Below, piece after piece: positions 40,032 through 48,945 of a stretch of 64,000 nt of DNA. Every line of letters starts with the position of its first letter. Position 1 is the stretch's first letter. The DNA comes from an uncultured candidatus Brocadiaceae bacterium (lineage in GTDB: Bacteria; Planctomycetota; Brocadiia; SM23-32): NCBI GenBank assembly GCA_964434535.1, contig CAYSWA010000003.1, positions 20,985-84,984 of the forward strand, written 5' to 3'. The notes beneath the pieces are model-generated. The model was not told where the DNA came from. It did no database searches and worked only from the letters and a program-made list of their open reading frames with translations. The position numbers and the translations under genes are program-made.

Positions 40032-41005
40032 GTGAGCAAGGCCGACCGGCGGGGCCGAAGGGCGCCCGTGAGCGCATTCAAGAGGCCGTTGAGCTTCTGC
40101 GGGAACTCGGAATGCCTCCGGCCCAGCAGAACGAGCGCTCCGCCCTCGTCCTGCTGGCCCTTCTGGACCTGCGGCCGACCGACAGGTGGTCATCGGCGCG
40201 GCGGCCGATGAGGGGCGTGACCGAGATCATGCACTGGTTCGCAGAGCACTACGGCAGGGAGTATGCTCCGAATACCCGCGAGACGGTCCGACGCCATACG
40301 CTTCACCCCTTCCTGCAAGCCGGGTTCGTATTACAGAACCCCGACGAGCCGGATCGGCCTGTCAACAGCCCCAACACCGTCTATCAGATCAGTGAACCCC
40401 TTTACGATATTGTCATGAAGCGGGGTCGGCCAGGCTGGCCCCAGGCCCTTGAGGCTGCGCGCATGGAGCTGGGGTCATTGCGCGAAGCCTATGCCCGACG
40501 GCGCCAGGCGCACGGGGTTCCCGTGAAGACCGGCCGCGGCGCCGAACTGCGCCTCTCACCTGGTCCGCATAGTGAATTGATCAGGAGCATTGTCGAGGAG
40601 ATGTGTCCCCGCTTCATCCCCGGTGGTTCCTTGCTCTACGTCGGGGATACAGCCCGGAAGTTCGCCCATTTCGACGAGGAGGCCCTGCGGGCCTTGGGTG
40701 TTGTGCTTGGCGAGCATGGCAAGATGCCCGATGTCGTGGTCTACGATGAGGAGCGGGGCTGGCTGGTCCTGATCGAGGCTGTGACCAGCCATGGGCCGGT
40801 CGATCCGAAGCGCCGCGCGCAGCTGGCCGAGTTGTTCCAGGACGCCCGAGCCGGTCTGGTCTACGTCACGGCCTTCGCGAGCAGGTCCGCCGTGCGGGAG
40901 TACCTCTCCGAGATATCCTGGGAAACCGAGGTTTGGGTCGCCGATGCCCCCGGCCACATGATTCACTTCAATGGCGAACGCTTCCTCGGCCCATACGCTG
41001 ACTGA
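40019..41005 (+). CDS. type II restriction endonuclease, PstI/BsuBI-like (PD-(D/E)xK)
   Basis: 328 aa. Overlaps the MTase stop by 13 nt. Candidate catalytic core PDVVVYDEERGWLVLIEAVTSHGPVDPKRR. Size and gene order match the BsuBI/PstI pair; family assignment is from memory, not a search. Confidence 0.6.
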   Translation: MLSLSEQGRPAGPKGARERIQEAVELLRELGMPPAQQNERSALVLLALLDLRPTDRWSSARRPMRGVTEIMHWFAEHYGREYAPNTRETVRRHTLHPFLQAGFVLQNPDEPDRPVNSPNTVYQISEPLYDIVMKRGRPGWPQALEAARMELGSLREAYARRRQAHGVPVKTGRGAELRLSPGPHSELIRSIVEEMCPRFIPGGSLLYVGDTARKFAHFDEEALRALGVVLGEHGKMPDVVVYDEERGWLVLIEAVTSHGPVDPKRRAQLAELFQDARAGLVYVTAFASRSAVREYLSEISWETEVWVADAPGHMIHFNGERFLGPYAD

Positions 41006-41016
41006 ACCCGGCCGCG

Positions 41017-41454
41017 TCAGTCGCGCAGGAGCCAGCGGGCGGCCTCTTCCAGCTCGGCCAGGTCCACGTCGGTGTCCTTGCACGGGCCGTGCGGGCGCAG
41101 GTTGATCACCCCGATCGCCGGCTTGGGGAAGACGGCCTTCAGGCCCTCCTGGAGCTCCTTCTCGCAGGCGACGGCGACGACGGCCCGGATATCGCCGCTC
41201 CGGGCCAGCTCCAGCGCCAGCCGCCCCCCGGTGGCGATGGCGCAGCGCGTGCCGAGCCGCTCGGCCATCTCGACCACGTCCTTCACCTTGCAGCGCCCGC
41301 AGCGGCGGCACTTCGTGATGTCACCCGTCAGGCGCAGCTCGCACTCGCTGCTCTGAAGGCACGAGGGCACCAGGATGAGCAGTTCCTCCGGGCGGCACCG
41401 GGCGCGCCGCAGCCGGGTGAGCTTGCTGAGCAGCCTGACCATCGTCCGTCCCAT
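41017..41454 (-). CDS. cysteine-rich hypothetical protein (DUF116-like)
   Basis: CRRCGRCKVKD and several conserved Cys. Convergent with the R gene, 11 nt apart. Upstream of fmt. Confidence 0.45.
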   Translation of the reverse strand: MGRTMVRLLSKLTRLRRARCRPEELLILVPSCLQSSECELRLTGDITKCRRCGRCKVKDVVEMAERLGTRCAIATGGRLALELARSGDIRAVVAVACEKELQEGLKAVFPKPAIGVINLRPHGPCKDTDVDLAELEEAARWLLRD

Positions 41455-41474
41455 CGCTTCTTCCCCGTGTCCCG

Positions 41475-42425
41475 TCAGATGAACCGGTCGCCCGGCTCGA
41501 CGTTGTAGCCGTTGACGAAGTCGGCGGCGCCCATGGCCCGGCTGCCGGCCGGCTTGATGCGGGTGATGCGCAGCAGGCCCTCGCCGGTCTGCACCAGCAC
41601 GCCGTCGGCGTCGGTGGCCACCACCTCGCCGGGCCTGGCGTCGGCGGCCGGTGCGCCGTCGGCCGTCTCGACCTTTAGCAGCGTCACGCGGCGCATCCCC
41701 TCGGCCGTCTGGAACTCGCAGTAGGCGCCGGGCCAGGGCGTAAGGCCGCGCACGTGGTTGCGGACACCCTCGGCCGGCAGCCCCCAGTTCAGCTTGCCGT
41801 CGGCCTTGCTGAGCTTGCGGGCGAAGAACGGCGTCTCGGCCGGCTGTTGCTCCTCGGGCACCTCCTCCCCGGCGTCCAGGCGGCCCAGCACGTCGACGAG
41901 GAGCCCGGCGCCGAGCCGGGCCAGCCGCTCCTCCAGCTGGCCGGCCGTCTCGTCCGGCTCGATCGCGACCTCACGTCGGGCGAGGACGGGGCCGGCGTCG
42001 AGCCTGGGCACGACGCGGATGACGCTCACGCCGGTGGTCCGCTCGCCCCGCATCAGCGCCCAGTTCACCGGCGCCGCGCCCCGGTAGGCGGGCAGCAGCG
42101 AGGCGTGCAGGTTCACCAACCCCCGGCCCGTCACGCCGAGCAGCTCCTCGGAGAGGATAGCCCCGAAGGCGACCACCACGCCGAGCTCTGCCCGGAGGGC
42201 GCGCAGCCGGGCGACCGACTCGACCGCGTTCACGTCCTCGGGCTGGCGCACCGGCAGGCCGAGCTCGAAAGCGGCCGACTTGACGGCGGTCGGCTGGGGC
42301 CGCCGGCCGCGCCCGCTCGGGCGGTCGGGGCGGGTCACCACGGCGGCGATCCGGTGGCCGGCCGCGTGGAGCGCCCGCAGGCTCGGCACGGCGAAGTCCG
42401 GGCTCCCGAAGAACAGCAGCCTCAT
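41475..42425 (-). CDS. fmt: methionyl-tRNA formyltransferase
   Basis: MRLLFFGSPDFAVPSL, NLHASLLPAYRGAAP (SLLP motif), C-terminal domain. Confidence 0.9.
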   Translation of the reverse strand: MRLLFFGSPDFAVPSLRALHAAGHRIAAVVTRPDRPSGRGRRPQPTAVKSAAFELGLPVRQPEDVNAVESVARLRALRAELGVVVAFGAILSEELLGVTGRGLVNLHASLLPAYRGAAPVNWALMRGERTTGVSVIRVVPRLDAGPVLARREVAIEPDETAGQLEERLARLGAGLLVDVLGRLDAGEEVPEEQQPAETPFFARKLSKADGKLNWGLPAEGVRNHVRGLTPWPGAYCEFQTAEGMRRVTLLKVETADGAPAADARPGEVVATDADGVLVQTGEGLLRITRIKPAGSRAMGAADFVNGYNVEPGDRFI

Positions 42426-42454
42426 GCGCGCCCCTTGTCTGGCTGCGGCGCCGC

Positions 42455-42964
42455 TCAGCGCTCGGCCCCTGCGGCTTCCTGCTCCAGTCGGCGGAGCTGA
42501 TCGCGGAGCGCCAGGCGGCCGGCCGGCGGGATCTTGTCGATGATCAGGACGCCGTTGAGGTGGTCCAGCTCATGCTGCCAGGCGCAGGCGGCGAGCTCTT
42601 CGGCCTCGATCTCCACCCGTTCGCCCCCGAGCGTGTAGGCCACCAGCGCCACCTTCTCGGCTCGCGGCACATTGACCTGGACGCCGGGCAGGCTCAGGCA
42701 GCCTTCCTCGTGTTCCAGGTGGCCTTCGCGGGCGATGATGATCGGGTTGACGAAGACGCGCTGGCCCTCGTGCCTCAGCGCCGGGTCGAGCGTTACCACA
42801 CGGCGCGACCAGCCGATCTGCGCGGCGGCCAGCCCGAGCCCGGCGGACGCATACATGAAGTCCAGCATCTCGCGGGCGCGCTCGGCGACCTCGTCGTCGA
42901 TCTCGCGCACCGGTTTGCAGCGCTTGCGCAGCACCTGCGCCGGATAGCGCTTCAGCTCCATCAT
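42455..42964 (-). CDS. def: peptide deformylase
   Basis: GLGLAAAQIG, EGCLSLPG, HELDHLNG motifs. Start at MMELKRY. Confidence 0.9.
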   Translation of the reverse strand: MMELKRYPAQVLRKRCKPVREIDDEVAERAREMLDFMYASAGLGLAAAQIGWSRRVVTLDPALRHEGQRVFVNPIIIAREGHLEHEEGCLSLPGVQVNVPRAEKVALVAYTLGGERVEIEAEELAACAWQHELDHLNGVLIIDKIPPAGRLALRDQLRRLEQEAAGAER

Positions 42965-43035
42965 TCCGTCTCCGCGCGTCTGAAACGGGTCGAACAGCAC
43001 AGCCTAACCGAAACCACGGCCGGTAGCGAGCCCCC

Positions 43036-43109
43036 GGAAAATGGGGACAGTTCCCATTTTCAGCAAGAAAGGCACTTATGGCTCAAAATGGGAACTGTCC
43101 CCATTTTCG
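43036..43109. repeat. composite inverted repeat (two 24-bp copies AAAATGGGGACAGTTCCCATTTTC in inverted orientation, 23-bp spacer); MITE/REP-like
   Basis: Copy 2 is the exact reverse complement of copy 1, and each copy is itself palindromic. AT-rich. It supplies the last 11 codons and the stop of the Fe-ADH gene and sits 35 nt from the def start. Confidence 0.7.
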
Positions 43110-44221
43110 GTGAGGGCGGCGAGGGTCTGGCGCACGTAGGCCTCGTCGACCGGCACGGGGTTCGCCTTCGAGGAGCCGCTCCCGGTCGCGTAGTCCAGGA
43201 TGCGCTCCTCCCACTCGGGCGAGGGGTAAGGCCCGAGCTGCCGCCGCAGCCCCAGCCGCTCCTGGAGCCGCCGGAAGGTCTCCAGCGGGTCGGCGCCGAT
43301 CGCGTCGGCGAGCGCCCGGTACTTGTCCGGCGCGGCCTCCGCGTTCCGCTTCAGCACCGGCGGCATCAGCGCGGCGCAGACGAGGCCGTGGGGCAGCCCG
43401 TAGCAGAGCCCGACGGGGTGGGCCAGGCCGTGCACGGCCCCGAGCCGCGCGCTGCCGAGCGCGAGCCCGGCCATGTAGCTGCCCTCGGAGACGGCGGCCC
43501 GGGCCCCGATGTCGCCGCCGTCCTCGTAGGCGTCGGCCAGGTGCCCGGCGATCAGGCGGGCGGCCGCCAGCGAGAGCGCTTCGGTGGTGGGGATGGCGTG
43601 GACGGAGAAGAGCGACTCGACGGCCTGCACCAGCGCGTCCATGCCGGCGGCGGCCGTCACCTGCGGCGGGCAGCTCACCGTCAGCTCGGGGTCGGTGATC
43701 GAGACGGTGGGCATGACGCCCTCGGCGCGGATGCTCCTTTTCAGGTGCGTCCAGGGGTTGGTGATGACGGCGTTGCGGGTGACCTCGGCGCCGGTGCCGG
43801 CGGTGGTGGCGACGGCGACGTGGGGTAGCCCGGCGCCGGTGACCTTACGGGCGCCGTGGTAGTCGGCCGTGGGCGCCTGCTCGCGGGCGAGCGCGGCGGC
43901 CGCCTTGCCGGCGTCGATGGCGCTGCCGCCGCCGGCCTCGACCACCAGGTCGCAGCCGGCCTCCCGCAGGGCCTCGCGGGCGGCGTCCACCGTCTCCACC
44001 TCCGGCTCGGGGGGCACGCGTTCGAAGCGCTCCACCGCCACCCCGGCGTCCTCCAGCAGGGCTACCAGCCGGTCGGTGATGCCGACGCTGCGCAGCGCGT
44101 GGCGCCCGGTCACCAGCAGCGCGCGGGAGCCGAGCCGCGCGGCCTCCTTGCCCAGGAGCTCGATGGTGCCGAGGCCGACGTAGGAGGTGCCCGGGAAGCT
44201 CAGGCGCAGCGAGCGGCTCAT
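43076..44221 (-). CDS. iron-containing alcohol dehydrogenase
   Basis: [20 protein letters not shown] and GLPHG motifs of Fe-ADH. Start at MSRSLRL (382 aa); the longer upstream ORF is an R/G-rich extension. Confidence 0.8.
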   Translation of the reverse strand: MSRSLRLSFPGTSYVGLGTIELLGKEAARLGSRALLVTGRHALRSVGITDRLVALLEDAGVAVERFERVPPEPEVETVDAAREALREAGCDLVVEAGGGSAIDAGKAAAALAREQAPTADYHGARKVTGAGLPHVAVATTAGTGAEVTRNAVITNPWTHLKRSIRAEGVMPTVSITDPELTVSCPPQVTAAAGMDALVQAVESLFSVHAIPTTEALSLAAARLIAGHLADAYEDGGDIGARAAVSEGSYMAGLALGSARLGAVHGLAHPVGLCYGLPHGLVCAALMPPVLKRNAEAAPDKYRALADAIGADPLETFRRLQERLGLRRQLGPYPSPEWEERILDYATGSGSSKANPVPVDEAYVRQTLAALTENGDSSHFEP

Positions 44222-44709
44222 GGCTCGTCTCCCGGGCCGGCGGCCGGCTCGGCGATCTGGTCCAGAGGCAGCACGAGAAGCTCGACCCCCGCCTGGCGCA
44301 GCATCTGGCGGGCCAGGCCGTCGGGGTAGTCCACGGCGGCCACCACGCGCGTGATGCCGGTGTTGATGAGCATCTTCGAGCAGAGGCTGCACGGCACCAG
44401 CGTGCTGTAGAGCGTGGCGCCCTGCATGGGCACGCCGTGGCGGGCGCCCTGGAGCAGCGCGTTCATCTCCGCGTGCATGCCGCGGCAAAGCTCGTGGCGT
44501 TCGCCGCTGGGCACGCCGAGCTCCTCGCGCAGGCAGCCGGTCTCGGAGCAGTGGGGCAGCCCGCTCGGGGCGCCGTTGTAGCCGGTGGACAGGATGCGTT
44601 TGTCCGCCACGACCACGGCGCCGACGCTGCGTCGCAGGCAGGTGGAGCGCTTCGCCACCTCGCGGGCGATGCGCATGAAGTACTCGTCCCAGCTCGGCCG
44701 CCCGGTCAT
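44218..44709 (-). CDS. dCMP/cytidine deaminase family (ComEB-like)
   Basis: HAEMNAL and PCSLCSKML zinc-binding motifs. Confidence 0.85.
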   Translation of the reverse strand: MTGRPSWDEYFMRIAREVAKRSTCLRRSVGAVVVADKRILSTGYNGAPSGLPHCSETGCLREELGVPSGERHELCRGMHAEMNALLQGARHGVPMQGATLYSTLVPCSLCSKMLINTGITRVVAAVDYPDGLARQMLRQAGVELLVLPLDQIAEPAAGPGDEP

Positions 44710-45770
44710 CGCTCGCCTCCCCCGCCGAGGTGCTCGGCGATCTTCTCGGCGTCCGGCTCAGGGATGACGCCCCGCTCGGTGATGATCGCGCTGATGTTCG
44801 CCGCCGGGGTCACGTCGAAGGCGGGGTTGTAGACGCCGATGCCGTCCGGCGCCGTCGGTCGATCCCCCCAGCGGGTCACCTCGGCGGGGTCCCGCTGCTC
44901 GATCGGTATCTGGTCGCCGCTCTCCAGCGAGAGGTCGAAGGTGGAGACCGGCGCCGCCACGTAGAACGGGATGCCGTGCTCGCGGGCCAGCACGCTCAGC
45001 CCGTAGGTGCCGATCTTGTTCGCCGTGTCGCCGTTGGCGGCGATGCGGTCTGCGCCGACGATCACGGCCCCGACCCGTCCCTCGCGCATGACCTGCGCGG
45101 CCATGCTGTCGCAGATCAACGTGACGGGAATGCCGGCCTGCTGGAGCTCCCAGGCGGTCAGGCGCGCGCCCTGGAGCAGCGGGCGGGTCTCGTCCACGTA
45201 GGCGCCTACGGCCTTGCCCGCCTCGTGGGCGGCGAAGAGCACCCCGAGCGCCGTCCCGTAGTCCGCGGTGGCCAGGCCCCCGGCGTTGCAGTGGGTCAGG
45301 ACGGACTCGCCCTCGGCGAGCAGCTCGGCCCCGTTGCGCCCGATGCGGCGGCAGATCTCCCGGTCTTCCTCGGCGATCTGCCGTGCTTCCTCCAGCAGCC
45401 TTCCCTTCAGTTCGGGCGGCGCCAGGTCGGCGTTCCCGCTCCCGACGCGCTCCATCCGGTCGAGCGCCCAGAACAGGTTGACGGCGGTCGGTCGGCTGGT
45501 GGCGAGGTAGTCCTTCACCCGGCGCAGCTCAGCCATGAACTCCTCGTAGCTCGCCGCCTCGACGTCCTGGACGCCGAGCACCAGCCCCATCGCCGCCGCC
45601 ACGCCGATGGCCGGCGCCCCGCGCACCTGGAGCGTGCGGATCGCCTGCCAGACGGCCTCGGGCGTCTCGCAGCGCGCATAGGCCAGCTCGCCCGGCAGCC
45701 GCGTCTGGTCGATCAGCTCGACCCGCCCGCCCAGTCCGCCCACCCATCGGATCGTCTCAACGGGGCTCAT
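44706..45770 (-). CDS. mtnA: S-methyl-5-thioribose-1-phosphate isomerase (eIF-2B alpha/beta/delta family)
   Basis: [39 protein letters not shown]. Confidence 0.9.
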   Translation of the reverse strand: MSPVETIRWVGGLGGRVELIDQTRLPGELAYARCETPEAVWQAIRTLQVRGAPAIGVAAAMGLVLGVQDVEAASYEEFMAELRRVKDYLATSRPTAVNLFWALDRMERVGSGNADLAPPELKGRLLEEARQIAEEDREICRRIGRNGAELLAEGESVLTHCNAGGLATADYGTALGVLFAAHEAGKAVGAYVDETRPLLQGARLTAWELQQAGIPVTLICDSMAAQVMREGRVGAVIVGADRIAANGDTANKIGTYGLSVLAREHGIPFYVAAPVSTFDLSLESGDQIPIEQRDPAEVTRWGDRPTAPDGIGVYNPAFDVTPAANISAIITERGVIPEPDAEKIAEHLGGGGER

Positions 45771-45810
45771 ACGGTTCCTCAGGCGAGAGCGAGATCGATC
45801 ACACGATTCC

Positions 45811-47037
45811 CTACGCCCCGAACTTGTCCAGCAGCCCCGCGTTCGCCAGCATCAGCGGCAGCAGGTACATCGCGCGGAAGATCCCCAGCCCGCCCGCGTT
45901 GCACTCGGTCTCGGTGAAGCGCAGCCGCCCGTCCGAGCCCGAGCGCGGCGAGTGCAGCAGCAGCGGCACCGGATGCCAGCTATGCAGCTTCATGGGGCAG
46001 GGGGTGGAGTGGTCGCCGGTGACGGCCAGCACCTCCGGGCCGCCCTCCATCAGCATGGGCAGGGCGGCGTCGACCGCCTCGATGGCCTCCACCTTCCGCT
46101 CGTGCGCGCCGTCCTCGCCGGCCTCGTCGGTCGGCTTGACGTGGATGAAGAAGTAGTCGTAGTCCTCGCGGCGGTCCAGGAAGGTGCCGAACTCCTCCTC
46201 GATCGACTGGCCCGTGTCCAGCAGGTCCATGCCGACCAGGCTCGCCAGGCCGCGATACATGGGGTAGGTCGCGATCGCGCCGCAGCGCATCCCGAAGCGC
46301 TCCGGCACGCCGGCGATGTCCGGCCGCTGGCTGATGCCGCGCGTCATGACGCCGTTGATCGGCTCGCCGCCGCTCAGGGCCTGCTGCGCCTGCCGGACGA
46401 ACTGGTTGACGATCCGCGCCGTCTTCTCGGCGGCCTCGGTCTCCGGCTCGGCCTCGTGGAGCGGCTCGCCGTCCTGGTGGGGGTCGGTGTCGGTGACGCC
46501 TTCGGCGAGGCCGGGGCCGCGGAAGATGACGCCGAAGCGGTGCCCCTTGCCGGCGGCCATGATGACCTCGACGTCCTCGATGCGCCCGATCTTCTCCTGG
46601 AGGCGCTTCACCTTCTCGGCGCTGACCTCGGTCTCGGGTCGGCCGGCGCGGCGGTCGGTCACGATGCCGTTCTCGATGGTGCAGAAGTTGGCCCGCGCGG
46701 CCACGTCGCCGGGCTTGAGCGGCATGCCCATGCCGACCACCTCCATGACGCCGCGCCCGATCTCGACCCGGCGCGGGTCGTAGCCGAACAGCCCCAGGTG
46801 GGCCGGCCCGCTGCCGGGCGTGATGGCGTAGTCGACGGGGAGGATGCGCCCGAGGGCGCTCCTGGCCGCCAGGGCGTCCAGGTTCGGGCACTGGGCCTCT
46901 TCCAGCGGCGTGCGGAAGCCGTTGTCCGGGTGGCGGATGTCGCCCACGCCGTCCATCACCAGCAGCACCAGCTTCTTGCCGCTCTCGCGGACTTCGTGGC
47001 GCTTGACCAGCTCCTCGGCGATCTTGATGCCGTGCAT
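45811..47037 (-). CDS. apgM: cofactor-independent phosphoglycerate mutase, archaeal-type (ApgM)
   Basis: LLVMDGVGD, ITPGSGPAHLGLFGYDP, GDHSTP motifs of the apgM family. Confidence 0.85.
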   Translation of the reverse strand: MHGIKIAEELVKRHEVRESGKKLVLLVMDGVGDIRHPDNGFRTPLEEAQCPNLDALAARSALGRILPVDYAITPGSGPAHLGLFGYDPRRVEIGRGVMEVVGMGMPLKPGDVAARANFCTIENGIVTDRRAGRPETEVSAEKVKRLQEKIGRIEDVEVIMAAGKGHRFGVIFRGPGLAEGVTDTDPHQDGEPLHEAEPETEAAEKTARIVNQFVRQAQQALSGGEPINGVMTRGISQRPDIAGVPERFGMRCGAIATYPMYRGLASLVGMDLLDTGQSIEEEFGTFLDRREDYDYFFIHVKPTDEAGEDGAHERKVEAIEAVDAALPMLMEGGPEVLAVTGDHSTPCPMKLHSWHPVPLLLHSPRSGSDGRLRFTETECNAGGLGIFRAMYLLPLMLANAGLLDKFGA

Positions 47038-47078
47038 CGGTGCGGTTCTCCCTGGGGATGGCCTCCGGGGGAAAGGCC

Positions 47079-47107
47079 ACTATAGCCCCGCCGCGCGGGG
47101 CTGTCAA
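47079..47107 (-). promoter_or_regulatory. sigma70-like promoter TTGACA-N17-TATAGT (minus strand) for apgM
   Basis: rc(47102-47107)=TTGACA, rc(47079-47084)=TATAGT. About 42 nt upstream of the ATG at 47037. Confidence 0.5.
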
Positions 47108-47117
47108 AGCAGCGGGC

Positions 47118-47171
47118 GGCGACGGCGTGGAACCGCAGATGAACGCGGATAGACGCGGATTGCGGCGCGGG
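47118..47171. repeat. 54-bp iteron-like repeat R1 (GGCGACGGCGTGGAACCGCAGATGAACGCGGATAGACGCGGATTGCGGCGCGGG)
   Basis: Identical 54-mer at 48699-48752. Contains three 10-bp-phased direct repeats (CGCAGATGAA / CGCGGATAGA / CGCGGATTGC). Abuts the apgM promoter. Confidence 0.7.
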
Positions 47172-47293
47172 GCAGGCAGTGGCCAGTACGCGTTTGGAGG
47201 TTCTTCTCCCCATGGTTTGCCGTTCTCAGCGTTCTCTGCGCGAGCCAGACCGCAACGGCAGAGCAAGAGCATGAGCGAGATGGAGGGCCGTCA

Positions 47294-47329
47294 CTTCATC
47301 CTTCATCCTTCCCCTTCATCCTTTCCTCC
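47294..47329. repeat. pyrimidine-rich heptamer tandem repeat (CTTCATC)x3-4
   Basis: CTTCATCCTTCATCCTTCCCCTTCATCCTTTCCTCC in the 5' region of the gene starting at 47391. Confidence 0.6.
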
Positions 47330-47390
47330 GCGTGCTTTGCGGTGAAGATCGCCGTTGCGTTGGGGCGTCTGTTTTGCTCAGATGGGCGAT

Positions 47391-48647
47391 ATGAGCGAGA
47401 CGACGACCGACGCGATCACCGATGCCGAACGGACGGTCCTGCGGGGGCTGGCCGAGCGCGTGCGCGAGATCGCGGCGCTGCCGGTGATGGAGGAGCGCCG
47501 CCGGATCTGGAAGCGCCACAACGCCCTCCGGCCCGGTCGGCCGATGGTCCTCGTCTTCCCCGAGGGCGCCTGGGGCGAGCTGCTGCCCGGCTCCGAGCTG
47601 GCCTGCGAGGGCGAGCTTGCCCGCTCCTTCGAGCGGGACCTGCGCAGCCGCATCTTCTACCACGAGCGGCTCCAGGACGATACGGTCATCGAGGACGCGC
47701 TCGTCATCCACAAGGCCGTGCGCAGCAGCGGCTGGGGGCTCTCCCCGCGCTACATCCCCAGCACCGAGGAGCGCGGCGCCTGGGCGTTCGATCCCGTCCT
47801 GCACGAGCGCTCCGACCTGGCGAAGCTCCACGCCCCGGAGATCAGCGTCGATGAGGAGGCGACCGCCCGCAGGCTCGAGATCGCCGAGGACCTCTTCGGC
47901 GACATCCTCGACGTGCGCCTCAAGGGCGTCGACCACGTCTCGTTCCACCTGACGAGCCAGCTCTGCAACCTGCGCGGGCTGGGGAACGTGATGATGGACA
48001 TGGCGGCCGAGCCGGGCTTCGTCCACGAGGCGATGGCGATCCTGGAGGAGGGCAACCGCGGCCTGGTCGAGCAGTACCGGGCGCTCGACCTGCTCAGCCT
48101 CAACAACGACGGCACCTACCACAGCTCGGGCGGGGTCGGGTATACGGACGAGTTGCCGCGCGAGGACTTCGACGGGCGCGTGCGGCCGTGCGACATGTGG
48201 GCATCGGCCGAGTCGCAGGAGCTGGCCCAGGTCTCGCCGGCGATGCACGCAGAGTTCGCCCTCGACTACGAGAAGCGGCTGCTCGCCCCGTTTGGGCTGA
48301 ACGGCTACGGCTGTTGCGAGGACCTGACGCGCAAGCTCGACGACGTGCTGGCGATCCCGAACATCCGGCGCATCTCGATCGCGCCCTCGGCCGACGTGGC
48401 GGCCTGCGCCGAACGGCTCGGCGGGCGCTGCATCTTCTCCTGGAAGCCGAAGCCTCAGTATCTGGTGGGAGAGTTCGCGCCGGAGAGGATACGCGCCGAC
48501 ATCCGGCGCACGATCGAGATCGCGCAGGCCAACGGCTGCGTGCTGGAGATGATCCTGAAGGACACGCACACCTGCGAGGGCCGCCCGGAGCGCTTCACCG
48601 CCTGGACCCGGATCGCCCGCGAGCTGGTCGAGGGGGCCTCGCGCTGA
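47391..48647 (+). CDS. hypothetical protein (possible URO-D/methyltransferase-like TIM-barrel enzyme); function unassigned
   Basis: 418 aa, protein-like composition. Weak resemblance to the uroporphyrinogen-decarboxylase-family fold. Start at MSETTTD. Confidence 0.5.
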   Translation: MSETTTDAITDAERTVLRGLAERVREIAALPVMEERRRIWKRHNALRPGRPMVLVFPEGAWGELLPGSELACEGELARSFERDLRSRIFYHERLQDDTVIEDALVIHKAVRSSGWGLSPRYIPSTEERGAWAFDPVLHERSDLAKLHAPEISVDEEATARRLEIAEDLFGDILDVRLKGVDHVSFHLTSQLCNLRGLGNVMMDMAAEPGFVHEAMAILEEGNRGLVEQYRALDLLSLNNDGTYHSSGGVGYTDELPREDFDGRVRPCDMWASAESQELAQVSPAMHAEFALDYEKRLLAPFGLNGYGCCEDLTRKLDDVLAIPNIRRISIAPSADVAACAERLGGRCIFSWKPKPQYLVGEFAPERIRADIRRTIEIAQANGCVLEMILKDTHTCEGRPERFTAWTRIARELVEGASR

Positions 48648-48698
48648 CCGCGCGGCTGACGTGGCCGACGGGGACGACCCCCCGCGGCCTCAAGCCAC

Positions 48699-48752
48699 GG
48701 CGACGGCGTGGAACCGCAGATGAACGCGGATAGACGCGGATTGCGGCGCGGG
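48699..48752. repeat. 54-bp iteron-like repeat R2 (identical to R1)
   Basis: Exact 54-nt match to 47118-47171. Downstream of the 47391 gene and upstream of GH4. Confidence 0.7.
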
Positions 48753-48818
48753 CAACGGCGGAGATGCTGGCAGCCGTCAACCGAGAACCGATAACTGACA
48801 ACCGCCGTTCCCGCCGTC

Positions 48819-48858
48819 ATCCGTGATCTGCGTGTATCTGCGTTCATCTGCGGTTCCC
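48819..48858. repeat. inverted diverged partial copy R3 of the iteron repeat
   Basis: rc = GGGAACCGCAGATGAACGCAGATACACGCAGATCACGGAT, about 85% identical to the R1/R2 core. Again three ATCTGCG-type 10-bp repeats. Confidence 0.6.
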
Positions 48859-48945
48859 TCCGACTCCCCGGCACGTGCGGGGGGCGGGCCGCGCAGTTAT
48901 CCTGTGCATCCCTGTTACCCGCGCCGTTTGCCCGCGAGGTGAGCC

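Noticed and set aside
43076-43111. Mini-[14 protein letters not shown] inside the inverted repeat
   Set aside because: Ten codons generated by the palindrome itself, with no RBS. Treated as non-coding.
47118-48858. CRISPR array interpretation of the 54-bp repeats
   Set aside because: Only two identical copies 1.5 kb apart plus one inverted diverged copy. The spacers are full-length genes and no cas genes are present.
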